Shown: positions 24,091 to 37,160, counted from the whole stretch's first letter. The stretch: 51,790 bases of DNA, filler included, from Dimargaris cristalligena (GCA_003614675.1; 2 parts of 2 records of this genome joined end to end with filler, not necessarily neighbours in it); one strand, 5' to 3'. Notes: generated from the sequence alone by a model not told the origin. Numbers and translations: made by a program.

Positions 24091-25706
24091 GCGTGGCTCT
24101 CCCTTACTAATGGCTCCTGTCTTTGGTGGGCGGGGATTTGTGTATCCACTATCTCCTCTACCCAGCTGCTTGGAGCTCGCTTAACCGGTCCTTCCATTCC
24201 CTTCTCCAAGCTGAGTTAAGTTGCAGCGGGACTGCGATCTAGTAGGCGATGGCCTCTCCTTTCATTGGTGAGATTGGAGATACCCAAGAGACCAAATACC
24301 ATCGCATATGACTCAGCGGTTCACAGTCCGGGGGATTCCAGCCATTGGCGGGCGAATCGCATAGTCGGCTATAATATACCGAAGCTGCCTTCATCGAAAT
24401 ACGGTGCTTGTCTAGACTGGTACAGTAATCACTGTGACTAGGAAAACTCGGCCAAGATACTGATAAATGTATCAATTAGGTGCTACGGCCTTTAGCAGCA
24501 GCCATCTGGGCGGGCGATTGTCAAGCTCAAGAGGGGCACTTCCCAGTACAATCCATCACCAGCCAGGTGGTGGTGGTGGTGCACTATTAAATTAGTTAGG
24601 ATTAAGGATTGCAGGCGTTTCTACCTCTATACCACCAGGTTTACTCAATGGTGGGTACTGGTGACTAAAATACGGACTCGTTATTCAGACGAATTCACTG
24701 GAGCTCAACTCATCCACTTTGGGCCGAATCAGTCCAACTAATATGGGTAGAGATAATTTGTAGTACTGGATAACTCCGCCTTCGATGTGTTAGGCTTGGG
24801 AATCAGTAAAACAGCCAGGACGTCCTTCTTAAGCAGCTTTGGTACCACAATGTAGGGTCCTAGCTTGACAAGATTGGAGAGTCTTGCGAGTGTTGGAACT
24901 CAAGGTAGAGAATGGGTATAATCGTAGAGAACAAATAGATACAATTAACAAGGTACTTAAATACTAGTGAAGATAATAAAAGTTTTATTAAAAATGAATA
25001 ATAACATTGAAATAATACGGGAACTTCAATAGGTAGATGCCTTGTTGGTTTCTTTTATAGGATTCTGATGTATTTTAAATGTAAATTTGAATACTATAGA
25101 AATACTGACCGCATTTTCAAGAAGAGACACACATAATTGAAAGTAAACCATTCTTGGTTTTGTTAGCAATACATTCCAGATAAAACTATTGCAATGTTAA
25201 TAATAGAACTATGAAACTAATAGAAGCTGTTACAATAGGTATTGCTGGGGGAAAAGTAGCTAAATAATGGGTCAATACTAAGTAGGAGAGCAACACTGCT
25301 GGTGGAGTTGGCACCCAGGTTCAAATGGTTCACAGTGATAGAGTGATCCTTTCTAATAAGTTCAAGGTGCAAAATCATAATTCTGGTAAAAAATATATAT
25401 TTGAAGTAATAAAGGAAATATTTTGGATATAATAATAAAGTAGATTTTCAATTTTTGGCTTTTGGATTTCAATAATGGACAATATAGCTATTATTTTAAA
25501 TTTCAATTTATTTTTTAAAAATGTATTTTATTAAAATATTAGTGATTGGGAACTCACCACAATACCTTCCAGGTAACAGCCCAAGTTGAAAATATCAAAA
25601 TGTAATTCTAAAATAGCTCTTTTGGTTATAAGGTCTGACTTGGGTCAGATTTTATCAATAGTGCTGCACAATTGAACTTAATGCTAAGGGATAATTGCAG
25701 TCTAGT

Positions 25707-25860
25707 TGTAAAGAATTGAAATCAAATCCTTGAAAACTGAACTTTATTTGAAAAGATAGATAATACAAGGGAAAGGTAATAATAGACTTGCTGTTCCAAG
25801 AGGTGGCAGCAAGGGGGAGTATTTATACTCAAAAGAGGAAGCCTAAATGAAAAGATAGAT
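25707..25860 (-). mobile_element. Partial LTR-like element (3' end of an LTR), truncated by the assembly gap
   Basis: On the minus strand: TATAAATA (25820-25827), AATAAA (25743-25748), terminating in ...TTTACA at 25707. It is 58/59 identical to 51730-51788, and homology stops exactly at the TG/CA end. Confidence 0.7.
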
Positions 25861-25960
25861 NNNNNNNNNNNNNNNNNNNNNNNNNNNNNNNNNNNNNNNN
25901 NNNNTTAATTAATTAANNNNNNNNNNNNNNNNNNNNNNNNNNNNNNNNNNNNNNNNNNNN
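25861..25960. other. Artificial contig spacer: 44 N + TTAATTAATTAA (25905-25916) + 44 N
   Basis: Symmetric 100-nt gap holding a palindrome with stop codons in all six frames. Confidence 0.95.
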
Positions 25961-28196
25961 ATCAACAATAAATATATAGACGTTGTATAACAATAACAAC
26001 TATAAAAAGGGAATATTTAGGCTAGCAGCACCAATTCCTTGACTAATCACCTAAATATGGACGGTGGTTTCAATAAAAAGGGTAAAAATAAATAGGGCAA
26101 TGCCCAATACTACTATAGCCGTTTGGCTATATCACAACATGAAAAATGGTGTTTTTTAGTTGTATTATAAAAACACGCTAAAAATGATAGCCACTAAGGA
26201 GTATTACAATTTGGTGGTTCTGTTACAACCTACCAGTGGGCGTAAACATCCCGCTTATCGAATTGGAGACCGTAGCTAAATGGGTCGAGCACCCCGTATC
26301 GCATCCCTCATATTAATAAATTTAAATACCCCCTCCTAATAAATCCAACGAATTGCCTCCAGCTGCGTTCTTAGTCCATTGCTACTACTGGGATTTGTTC
26401 GAAGTATACCAGACGGGATTAGTCGGATAACAGTTTATAGTCCAACTTACCCCCCTCCATTATGGCTGAAACCTTTTCCTATTTCAAGATATATTATATG
26501 CTACCGGTATTACCGAGGGATATTTGCATATAGGAGGCAATGGGTGGTTAATTTTACATTAGGGAGGCCATAAGTATACTGATATGTGTACAATCTAAAA
26601 GTGGGACATTGATGCCAACCAAGTTTCGCTTGCAACTCCTCCACATTTGATGACCTTTATCCCGTCCTCGCGAGAGCGGGTATTGCACCGCCATCTATCG
26701 CCTACTGTTTTCCATTCTACGAGTGCAACAGTCCACCAGCCAGCTAGTCACTTCACCCCTCTCGTGTTTGCCGTCTGTTCATCACCCTCCCCCCCCCCAC
26801 ACCCCCGACTATAATCTAGGCTGCATTGGTAGAGATAACCAAGACTAGGCGCGAACAAACGCCTTAAGATTCGCCTAGCAACTCGGGGCAACTTGGTGCG
26901 ATATATAAATAGCACAAAGGGAGTGTGGGGGAAGGAGAAGGTGAACATGGTTTAAAAGATAGCGAAACCAATCTAGGGGAACCAAGAGTAAGAGAAAATG
27001 GACGAAAGGATACGATTGGCAAATAGGGCGGCGAACAAGCGAGCGAATGGGAGGAGGGGTGCTCACTATTCATCAAAGAGAATTTGGTTAATGGGTAAAA
27101 CGAAGGGTGTAATAGTACTAATAGTATTGGGCGGTGGGCTTTTTGGAAGGCCATACCACTTAGTTTGAAATAGCGAATACGAGACTCCTCCCGCCCAATT
27201 TCACCTTGGATCCATCGAATCTATTTAAATGATTACCAATCTTGCTGTACACCCCACAAGTGACTTGGCGCAAGTACGACTTGGACACCAGCACCGGAAA
27301 GCCAACTGCAATGGCTCCGTCCCGCTACTGTGACTGGCGACTATTCGGCCATTAAATTGAAACTGTGCCTAGTCTATAAAGAAGGGGCTTTAATTACCGT
27401 CTACTTGAGGGAGGGGCCATGTTGATTTACTGAGGCTAAATCGCACTACTCCCCGCTCGCCTGCTCCTGCTCGCCCCCTTCGACGAGGCTCGATAATGTA
27501 GGGGATCTACCAAACTGCCCTTGGTTCCCGGGGGGTAAAGTCAGTGATCAGCTCCATGATATAGAAAATCTGTTAAAGGGTGCCCGTCGCTTTCAGAATG
27601 ATTCATCCCAACGAAGAGGATGTGGAGAGGGGGAAGAGAAGGAAAGTAATAGAAAGGATAGCTTGTAAGAGATGCTCTGGTCACTGTGAGATTACCGCTT
27701 GCCCTCGTCGACGACCTCCCGGAAGAAGCAAGGAGCGCTTCCCCACCCGTATTTCCCCGTAACTCGCGCAATTTAACGCTCGTCTGGGCCACAACACCTC
27801 CCCCCTTTTCTGCGCAGCCCCTGTTCCATTTGGCTTCAAATAAAAGTACCCCCTCTCGCCCCCCTACTTACTAAGCTTCATCCCTCACTATTCATTGCTA
27901 TCGTTCTTTTCAACCAAAGACCATACAAACCACAATCCCACTGCACATTTCTTTTCCCCCGCTTATATACTTATACTACAGCCCTAGACAAACCGGCCCG
28001 TTCTTTCTCCTTACCAAGCATATCCTCCCTCCATTGGCATATATATTAACGAACCCCATCGGCTTTATTTACACCTTTCACCACTCATTCATATACTCAG
28101 TTCACTCCTGCTTCGTTCCCTTTTCGCATTTCCTTGACAGCCCGTCTTTCACTGCTTCTCGTCTTCTCAACCTCCCTTTTATTCCCCTCCTCCACA

Positions 28197-29705
28197 ATGT
28201 CGAATGGTATTACTAAACGCTTCCTCCGCTCCGACCGTAACGATTACCAAACCCTAGAAAGCGGCGAGAGCGGCTCTTATCCCCAGGCCGCTTTGACCCA
28301 GCGCATTGCGTTTCCCCCCAACCACCCCGGCGTCCAGCTAACGCCGAGCACCAGCCAGACCGGTCTGGGCCGCCGGGGAGCCCCCCCTATGGCCACCTCC
28401 AAGTCCGCCACCCATCTGAATCGCGCCATGAGCAAGACCAAGTCGGCCTACCGGACCTCCAAGACCTCGCAGAAACTGGCCCTGTTCCCCGACGAGGCCG
28501 AAGAGCAGTCAGGCCCGGGTATCGACAGCTTCTACGGCGGCGACGACGTATACAACCAGCTGAACCAGCTCACTAACGAGGACCGCACCTCCCACCTCAT
28601 TGACGCCGAACGCTGGCGCAAACTCCGCCGCGATACCCTGCCCCGCGTCACCGCCTATAGTACCGCTACCTCCTATGATCTCAAGGCCGTGTTCCGCTAC
28701 CTGCAGTCGCGCAAGGAGTCGCGCCAGGCTGCCCCTAAACTGATGGACGAATGCCTGTACTCGCCCTTTGCGTTTGAGCGGCGGAGTATCCCAGTCGGGG
28801 CCAAATCCGGGACCAACAATGCCGAGGGTGAAAACAACCTGGTCGACCTGTTTCCGTCCACCACCCCCCGCGAGGGCCTGAATCTGTCCACCTCGGTAAC
28901 CAACGATGCCATATCCACTGGACTGGCCAGCCAGGCGCGAAACGACACCGACAACCAGAGCGACTACTTTGATCTCATCAAGGACCACCTCACCAGCGAG
29001 GTGTTTGTCTTTGACTACGGTGTCATTGTCTTCTGGGCCATGACCCCGGAGGAGGAGAAGCAAACCCTGCGGGAACTCCGACGTTTTGAAATCGAGCCCC
29101 TGGAGGCCGGCGACGTGGAAATCGAGGAATTCAATTTGTACTATAACCCCAACTTCCCCCCTATGATTTACAACGACGTCATTCGCCTGCGCCACCCCCG
29201 CAACTATATGGTTAAGATGGCCATCTCCCACGCGATTGCCCAGTCCGTCAAACTGACCTTGTACGAGGGCCTTGTCGAAGAGACCATCAACGACACCAAG
29301 CACATCCCCCAGTTGATGGCCGAGACCGGCCGGGTCAAGATGTCCCGCACCGCCATCACCAAAAAGATTGGCCAGCTGTTCATCATGCGTATCAACGTCA
29401 ACCTGGTCAGTAATATTCTCGATACGCCCGAGATTTTCTGGTCCGAACCGGCCCTCCAGCCCCTCTACGACGCCATCCGCGGTTATTTGGAAATTTCCCA
29501 GCGCGCCGAAATCATGAACCACCGCGTGAGTGTCATTGGCGACTTATTGGACATGTTGCGCGAACACCTCAACGGACACCACGGCGAGTTCCTCGAATGG
29601 ATCATCATTATCCTCATCGGAATCGAAATTATGCTGGGTCTGGTGACGATTTCGTTCGAAATGAAGGGTCTGCGTAATTACGGGTCCCACGCGCCGCTCG
29701 AATAG
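28197..29705 (+). CDS. RMD1: Rmd1/Sif2-family DUF155 protein, 502 aa, with a C-terminal transmembrane helix, intronless
   Basis: Motifs RVTAYSTATSYDL, EVFVFDYGVIVFW, AISHAIAQSVKL, KKIGQLFIMRINVNL..LDTPEIFWSEP.LQPLY...RGYLEISQR and LEWIIIILIGIEI. Strong GC3 codon bias. The ATG at 28197 (ACA ATG) is preferred over the TTG at 28134. Confidence 0.93.
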   Translation: MSNGITKRFLRSDRNDYQTLESGESGSYPQAALTQRIAFPPNHPGVQLTPSTSQTGLGRRGAPPMATSKSATHLNRAMSKTKSAYRTSKTSQKLALFPDEAEEQSGPGIDSFYGGDDVYNQLNQLTNEDRTSHLIDAERWRKLRRDTLPRVTAYSTATSYDLKAVFRYLQSRKESRQAAPKLMDECLYSPFAFERRSIPVGAKSGTNNAEGENNLVDLFPSTTPREGLNLSTSVTNDAISTGLASQARNDTDNQSDYFDLIKDHLTSEVFVFDYGVIVFWAMTPEEEKQTLRELRRFEIEPLEAGDVEIEEFNLYYNPNFPPMIYNDVIRLRHPRNYMVKMAISHAIAQSVKLTLYEGLVEETINDTKHIPQLMAETGRVKMSRTAITKKIGQLFIMRINVNLVSNILDTPEIFWSEPALQPLYDAIRGYLEISQRAEIMNHRVSVIGDLLDMLREHLNGHHGEFLEWIIIILIGIEIMLGLVTISFEMKGLRNYGSHAPLE

Positions 29706-32700
29706 AGTAGGAGGAGGCGGTGTTGCCAATGTGAGCGGTATTCGGTCACAGGGCAAACCTTTCTTTAGTTTACATACACTATATATATATATATATATAT
29801 ATATTGTGAAATTCGCACATCATTTTTACTTCATTTTAGATGACCACATTCTTTAGAGTATAGTTAGTTTTACGTGTACTATGTTGATGCGTGTGAAAAT
29901 AACATCAACCACAACATAGTATGCTTTATAATTAGCAACCCGTGATCCACCACCCCCAATCTTTTCTCTACAAAATGTACGGTTTCTTTCGGCATTCTCT
30001 ATTAGTAGTATACCGACTCTGTTCGATTTAGGTCTATTCTCACTACTAATATTACCTTTCTATATATAATTTTTTGGTTCACTATTCCCCAATTATCCAT
30101 TACATTACTCATCGAATGACTAATCCTACCGGATTCTATCCATTTGGTCACCCGCCGTGGCTTTGCATGGGATAGTTGCTGTAGTACACGCACGCAACCG
30201 CGTCCCCTTCCCCAACCGATGCTGTCCCCCATATTACAGTACCGGTCGACTGTTTTCACTCTAGTATGTAGCCTTATTATACTCGTCAGTCACAATACCC
30301 TCACAGGTATTTTCCACTGTTTTAAATATAATATATATGTATCATTAAAATCGAATTTATCAAGGATTCTGGGAGTAAGTCGCACCTGGTATTGTGTTTT
30401 GAGCGGAATTCTGGGGAGGGAGGTTTTGGAATGGTTAGATAGTATAATAGAGCAGTGCTCTAATAGCCACGCTGTGGTAATCAATGTAAGCAGTGGAGCC
30501 CAAGGACCCTATTTCCCCGCCTCTTCCCGTTTTTTCACCTCAGTCTCGCATATTGTTATCCCCAACGTATTGTTGTCGGGGAATCCAATGAATGGCCGAC
30601 GATTTCCCAGGGGCTGGATTTAGGTTTATTTGCAGTGACAGCTGCAGCAGACGTGATCATTATAATGCCTAAAATATACCCGACGGGGCATCATCATGAC
30701 TACCCGCATGCGTATGCTTGTGCTTATACTCTCCGTACATGGGGCATGTGCATGCACCAGGCAGGGGAACCGGTATTTTTTGGCATGTCCCAAATAAACG
30801 GACGGCCTTGATTATTAGCTATTTTGAATGTTCCCTTTCTCATCCAAAATAAGCCAAACCAAACTAGAATCCAATACTACTAATAATAGTAACAATAATA
30901 GATATAGAAATATAAGCCCAATACAGAAACTTTCCCGCCGTCATCCGCCAAGTCGTTAGATTGGAATATCCATTTAAGTTACTCGGCGGTGCCCCTGTAA
31001 AACCACATGCTCGGCTAATTGTTCCCGAGTATTGCGATGCCGTTTATTTATGGACAATGGATCCATCTCTATTTTGAGTGACCTTGGATTGTTGGACTTT
31101 CGCTGCATTCTCACTGAGTCTGCACGTGGACGATCTTTGCTATTTCTTCCTTTTTTACCACCACCACCGCCACCGTTACACCCACATTACCGTAAATAAT
31201 ATTATAACATATACTAAACCGATACATCAGTATTGGCATGTTGCTATTACAAAGCGAATATCATTCCCACCTAATTGCAACCCCCCACCCCTTCTTAACT
31301 CCTTCACCGACCCCTTTACTACGTTCCCACACCCACACACCCACCACCATTACCTTTATTATATTTGGTTTCTTCGTTGGGCCCAGGCGCCCCGCTACAT
31401 GATTGATGGATACCTATTCACTCGGCTACAATATATTATCCTTCGGATTGACCAAAAACAGGTCTACCCCTTTCGCCACTTGACACCCGGTAGAAGAGAA
31501 TGGGGAACAGCAAATTTGGGGGAAGTTTCAAATGCTATTTACCAGCAATGTTAGGGCTTCGTTCCCACCCACTCAGCCATTTATTGTACCTATTTCGTCA
31601 AATTTGACCATCACCTTACTCATCCACAAAAAGTACGCCTATTTCCACGCACACACACACACACACACATATACATACTCACATGGATTTCCTTTCAGGC
31701 ATTCAATTTAAATCACCATTCACTGGTTTTGACGTTTCGGGTAAGTACTCGGTAAATTAAAAGATTAGAGGAATGCCCAGGTGGGAAAGGGGGAGTGAAC
31801 AGGGATATTGGCCTAACCCGACAGTCCATGGGTACATCACTTTCCTAGTTAGGCAGCTGGATGTGTCTAGAAGAACTGACTGACTGACTGAGCAACCAAC
31901 TGACTGGTGGTTGGTTGGTCCCTTTACCTGAATAGTAAGATTACATGGTCCTCACATTGTATAGAGCTTTATTGGGCAACAGTAAGGATGTGCGCGGGGA
32001 GGATCATGGCGATCGTAGAGGTTGCGCAGGACTGGGAAGGATGAGGAACCCGATTTACGATGAAGGTTCTCCAATAGTGAGTAAATCAGAAGTGCCAAGG
32101 CGATGAAACATCGGCGACCGTGGTTGGCCATTGGAAAAGGAATGCTTTTTTTAACCAAAAATCTAGGACTTCCAAACCTAATTGAGGCGTTTTAAATAAC
32201 TAATCCGTTACTCCCACCATTGCTCTGGTATCATCCCCATCGACCATACAAAGAGTAGCGTGTATCACTCCTCGCCCCCTCTACCTTCCCACCCTTGTCC
32301 GGAAACTCCTATGTTTTAATATCATTTAGTATCCGCACCAATAGTGCCTGGAGAATATATATAAATATATAGCATGATTTATTTAGTAGGGGGGAATTGA
32401 TAGGGTGACGTGGAATGGAATGCAATACAATACAATAATGTAGGGTGTGGTTGGCAGAACATGCGGTAAAGGAACCAATGAAAGGGGCAAAGTGGCGTGA
32501 CTGGATGATATGCGAGAATAAGACCAGGGTGAAGAGAATGTAAATTAATAGATCCCGCCTATATTGATGTGACCGAATGAATGGAGGGCGTTTAAGGCCA
32601 CCACCATCAACCGGCCCAGCAAACAAACGGCACTGGAGGAAAATCCTTCCCAAGATTGGATACCAAGAACACATCCCAAGGTCACATTCAACCTAATATT

Positions 32701-35700
32701 AATCTTCATCCACACACGGCCCCTCATTGGTTTCCCGCTTTGGCTAGATGGGTGACGGCGGAGAGAGAGAGAGAGAGAGAGCCCCCCCCACTCCCGCTGG
32801 CTAGAGTGGCAGGAAAGGATCGTCACCCTCCCAAGGACAATCATCAGAAACCCCGCATCGTTGGCTATTAGTCGCCGGGGTCGCACCTCTTCACACACAC
32901 ACGCGCGCGCTTCCGTCTAGTCAGCGATCTTGGTGGGCGGAATAAACCTTCGCCCAGAAATAAGGATGGCAGGGATTAGACCGACCATATATTATAATCG
33001 TCACTATTATAAGTGACTGCAAGTCCGTTGAGCTCCACGGACTACCCCTGACTATGGTTTTATTTGATTATTCTAGTGCATCTCTTCCCTTACTAGGCAA
33101 TACAATATGGCCAACTGTAGGATGTCTGCAAGGCGGCTTTGAACTGCTTTATAATGAATCTGGTGATGACGGCGTGGGTGCCGCTGGGTAATAATACGCC
33201 GGCGGAAAATGGTTCAGGTTCGCGATTCCAAATAAAAAATCCGTAGTATGAGCCCATGAGCAGTCGCGAAAATAAATACAATCTTCTGCAATCCAATACA
33301 TCAACGTACAACAGAGACTGGGGTTCGATAATCCGGTTATATCGTTGTTCACCACATCTCCCCCCTTTCCCCTCACCCCTGGTTGCCGACCCTTAGTACA
33401 TATCCGAGCCTAAATAGGGGCTTTGCAGCAAGCCAAGCCCCCTCTAATCTCTCTCTCCTCCACCCCAGCCAGGTTGACCCATGGACATCACAGAAGCATC
33501 CAAAGGAAGAAAAGGGGGGGAGATTAAGAGAAAAACGACGTTGCCAAGTCCATCACGGGTGTTCTCTATATATATATATATATATAACCTTTCCAGACAT
33601 TAGATCCATTCATTCGTTAACCCCGACCTAGGAGGTTGTTTGGTGGCAGGCACATTAAAACCCACACAACCATACAGCTATGCACACCTAGGGACTCCCA
33701 CACGTCTGCACGTACGTTCATACACACCTTGGCATGCTTCCACGGTTGCAGATTGCATCGGATATCTATCCTGTAAAGTCTAGGTGGGTATGCCGCTGAC
33801 CTGGTTCAGCTCAACTGGTGTTCTATACCACCGGTTGTGATGGAAGATTGGGATGGGGGTATGTACGGGTAAATATAGTGTGTATATATATATATAAATA
33901 CGTAACTATCAAGGGGAACTAGGTAGGAGTGGACAAATAAGCCAACGTATTCACTGATTCATACAACCTGGACCCACAGTTAGTGACAGGAGGTAAAGTA
34001 AAGGGGTGAGGGTTAGGGTTAGGGGTGCATGGATAAGCCGGTCTACGATTGGAAACTCTAATAGGAGAGTAGTCCGTGGTAGTAGGCTTGGCGGTAAATT
34101 CGGGACAACTTTGAACCGCGAGGCCCGCTGTTAACCACTGGGACCCCTTCCTTATTCATATAGGGTGATGTGCGGTTACTGCTCACCGTAGAACGCAAGG
34201 GGTTTTTCACAATGGACCAAGTCCAGGAATTACCTCGACGTATAAGGTGAGCCAGGGCAATAGCACCCCTCCCCCTTTCAGATTATGCGAATAGAGTGCC
34301 CCTTCACCCCTTACCTTTAACCCACGAAAACCAAAGGGGAATAATATACATGTATAAAAAATAGATTTGAAATAAAAAAGCGACGACAGCACGCGTTTAA
34401 TGTCCGTTGATGCTTAGCTAGCGACTTAATATCGCGTAGGATCTCAAATGTCTTGTATAAACCCTCCATTGACTCCATAGTGCCAGGGGTGATATAAAGG
34501 GGATGCCTGATATCGAATCCGTGGTGCATGGTGGTTGATCAGTTGTAAATGAAAGGGTTTATTATGGGCTACATACGCCGAGTCCCAAAGAAGAATGGGA
34601 GTTGGTCAAGATTCCGAATTTAAGCAGCCCTCTCCCCCCGGATATGTTATAGTTGAATCAAAAAAACATGTGCACCCCCGTAAAATGGGTTAAAAGGAAT
34701 TCGTTTATCGGGATTCTTGATTCAGCGTCGTGTGATGGAGAATGGAAAGATCACTAAGGGAGTCACGGTCCAGCAAAAGCGATATATTTATAAAAAAATA
34801 GCCCAGATTCACGGTTGATTTCTTCCAGTATCACCAACACCCCCCACTCCAAAAACAAATTTGAATAAAAATTGAAACAGTGGCGAATTATGGTCATTGT
34901 CCCAGTCTTACGGAAAAATACCCAGGATTTACTGTCCCTCAGTCCCTGCGGGAGGGATACACGCGTATCCGGTTGTCAGTAAATAAAGAGTCAAAACCTC
35001 CGTTGGAAACACCTCGACCTGTTTCTATAATCTAAGCCAACCCACCCACGACATTCTATAGAATGGCCCGCTATACTTATCTACAGATACCTACGATCTT
35101 CTTCCCTTCACTCGGGACCCGCCAAAAAGCATGGAAATGAATCGCTGGATAAAGGGGGAAAAGAGATGTATAGGCCGACACAGACAGAGCATCATCACCG
35201 CGCCCCTTCCCACACTCACACGGCCTTCCCACCAAAACTAGCAGGAATAAAGGGGGAGGCCAAGTTGACAAGATTCAATAATAATAAAAGAACACAAGGG
35301 CGGGTTTGGGAGGAGAGAGAGAGAGAGAGAGTCATCCGACCCAAATGCTAAATCTAATTTGAGAATAGGGAACGATAAAGGGAAGGTTACGCGACTGGCC
35401 AGGCATGCATGCCGAATACGGGAGAAGTTCATCCAAGCTGTATAACGAAAAATCCATTAGGTAAGGCCAATATTACTAGCCAAAAATACATTTCCCATAT
35501 ATTCTCCCATACACATATAATGTAAACCCTTATATAGCTGAGCTGAATTTCACCCATATCCTTTTTTCACATTCCGGTTTCCCCAATGATCACTGGGTGA
35601 AAAATATAAACGACCCTATAATACAGTATCCAGTTAGTTTTATATATTTCATTTGAAATATAATATAGTATATATCCGATGGTTCATATACATTGGGGTG

Positions 35701-36148
35701 AGATATCCCCCGCTCGTCACAAAGTCGGATTCATACTAAATGGCACTGTAATATACTACACATCATAGAGACACACGCAGTGGTTTACACCATATTCCTT
35801 TCCAGCCAACAAGTGAGAGATAATGGGGTTTTCATTTCATTAATACAGGGTGAAGGGGCAATGTGCAAGGATCAGTTAAGATTGTGCCAGCCGAAAATGA
35901 CATATGCACGGTATATTAGAGCGAATGTACGTATTGGATTACACAACGGGGAATAATAAGGAGAAGAGGCGATATGGTAGTGTTACAGTGAGGGAGAAGA
36001 GGGGGAGAGGAGATGATGGAGTGGAGTGAAGTGAGGTGAAGTAGCAAAGACGGGAAGAAGTCGTAAGATTCATTCATACACAGACCCACATTCACACACA
36101 GGTCAAGAAGAACTAGGGAGGGAGAGAGGCCAGCAGCTCCCACCTTGT

Positions 36149-36958
36149 TTAGGACGCGATGATAAGGTTCTTGATGACGAGTTTAAGGGCCTGGTGGAAA
36201 TCCTGGTCGGGCTTCACGACGGGAATGACGGGCGAAGGGTAGTAAGCTTCGAGCCGCGCCACCACCCGGTCCAGAACGGTTGGGGCGAGGTCGTAAATGG
36301 TGTGCCACATGGGCTGGCGCCAGATGCTAGCCCGTGTGCTCATAGTGTCCAGCAGTTCGCGCCGGTAATCCGCATCAGTAGTGAGAACATACTCCAGCGC
36401 ATCGTAGGTGTGCACCTGCCGGGTCTCCATGTACTGGGCCACGGTCATGGGCACGGTGGCCCGGGACCGGGGCGTCGTCGGCGGGGATGGGGGCTGTTGT
36501 TGTTGTTGTTGGGAGCAGTACCATTGCTGTGATGATGATGGCGAGGAATAGGAGTACGAAGACACCGAGTCAGTGGGATCGATATCCATAGCCATGGAAG
36601 AGGCCGGGGGACTAGGGGAAAGAGTCAGGGGGGAGAAGGATGGGCTCTCGGGCGAGGGAGGAGTCTGGGACCCCGTCGAAGACGACAACGATGAAGCGGG
36701 CTTCTCGGAACTAGAGGGAATAATAAATTGACCAAACGTCTCACTGAAGGAGGGCAGTGTGACGTCGGACCGGGGCGCCGAAGAGGAAGGAGAAGTGAAC
36801 GCGGGCTGTGGGTGGCTATCGACGGGGGTGGTGTACCGCTGGCGAGGGTCCAGGGTGGGGTACAGTGGTGGTAGCGAATTATCCAGGGAAATATCAGTCA
36901 TATTGGGCAAAGAAGCAATGGCTAAACCAAGAAGTCCAAATTTTGACGAAGGTTTCAT
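36149..36958 (-). CDS. Hypothetical protein, 269 aa (250 aa if it starts at the ATG at 36901); Ser/Pro-rich disordered N-terminus, polyQ, helical-looking C-terminal domain
   Basis: Long, GC-elevated ORF with coding-like codon use; TATAAAT on the minus strand at 37161-37167; AT-rich 3' flank. Confidence 0.8.
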   Translation of the reverse strand: MKPSSKFGLLGLAIASLPNMTDISLDNSLPPLYPTLDPRQRYTTPVDSHPQPAFTSPSSSAPRSDVTLPSFSETFGQFIIPSSSEKPASSLSSSTGSQTPPSPESPSFSPLTLSPSPPASSMAMDIDPTDSVSSYSYSSPSSSQQWYCSQQQQQQPPSPPTTPRSRATVPMTVAQYMETRQVHTYDALEYVLTTDADYRRELLDTMSTRASIWRQPMWHTIYDLAPTVLDRVVARLEAYYPSPVIPVVKPDQDFHQALKLVIKNLIIAS

Positions 36959-37160
36959 AGTGCTTAGGCTTAAGCGGAGAGGTATGTGAGAATTGACTAG
37001 AAGGAGAAAGAGAAAACAGCTAGAGATTAGGAGGCAGTCCGCTAGAGGGGGGAGCCACGAAGCAAGAGAGATAAGGCGAAGGGAGGGAATAAGAAAGGAT
37101 TAGGAATAAGACAGTTGTTAAATAAACCGGGCTGGTAGGAAAGGGGCCGGGTGGGGCGGT

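Noticed and set aside
25905-25916. TTAATTAATTAA as a biological site (PacI or piggyBac TTAA)
   Set aside because: Embedded in Ns; an assembly linker.
26748-26948. 66-aa minus-strand ORF with good ATG context, divergent from RMD1
   Set aside because: Low-complexity, UTR-like translation running through a G homopolymer.
28509-29522. 337-aa antisense ORF
   Set aside because: Shadow of the GC3-biased RMD1 coding strand; no independent features.
34006-34024. TGAGGG-TTAGGG-TTAGGG telomere-like run (also CCCTAA x2 near 5717)
   Set aside because: Only 2-3 units and internal; not a telomere, and no support for a binding-site role.
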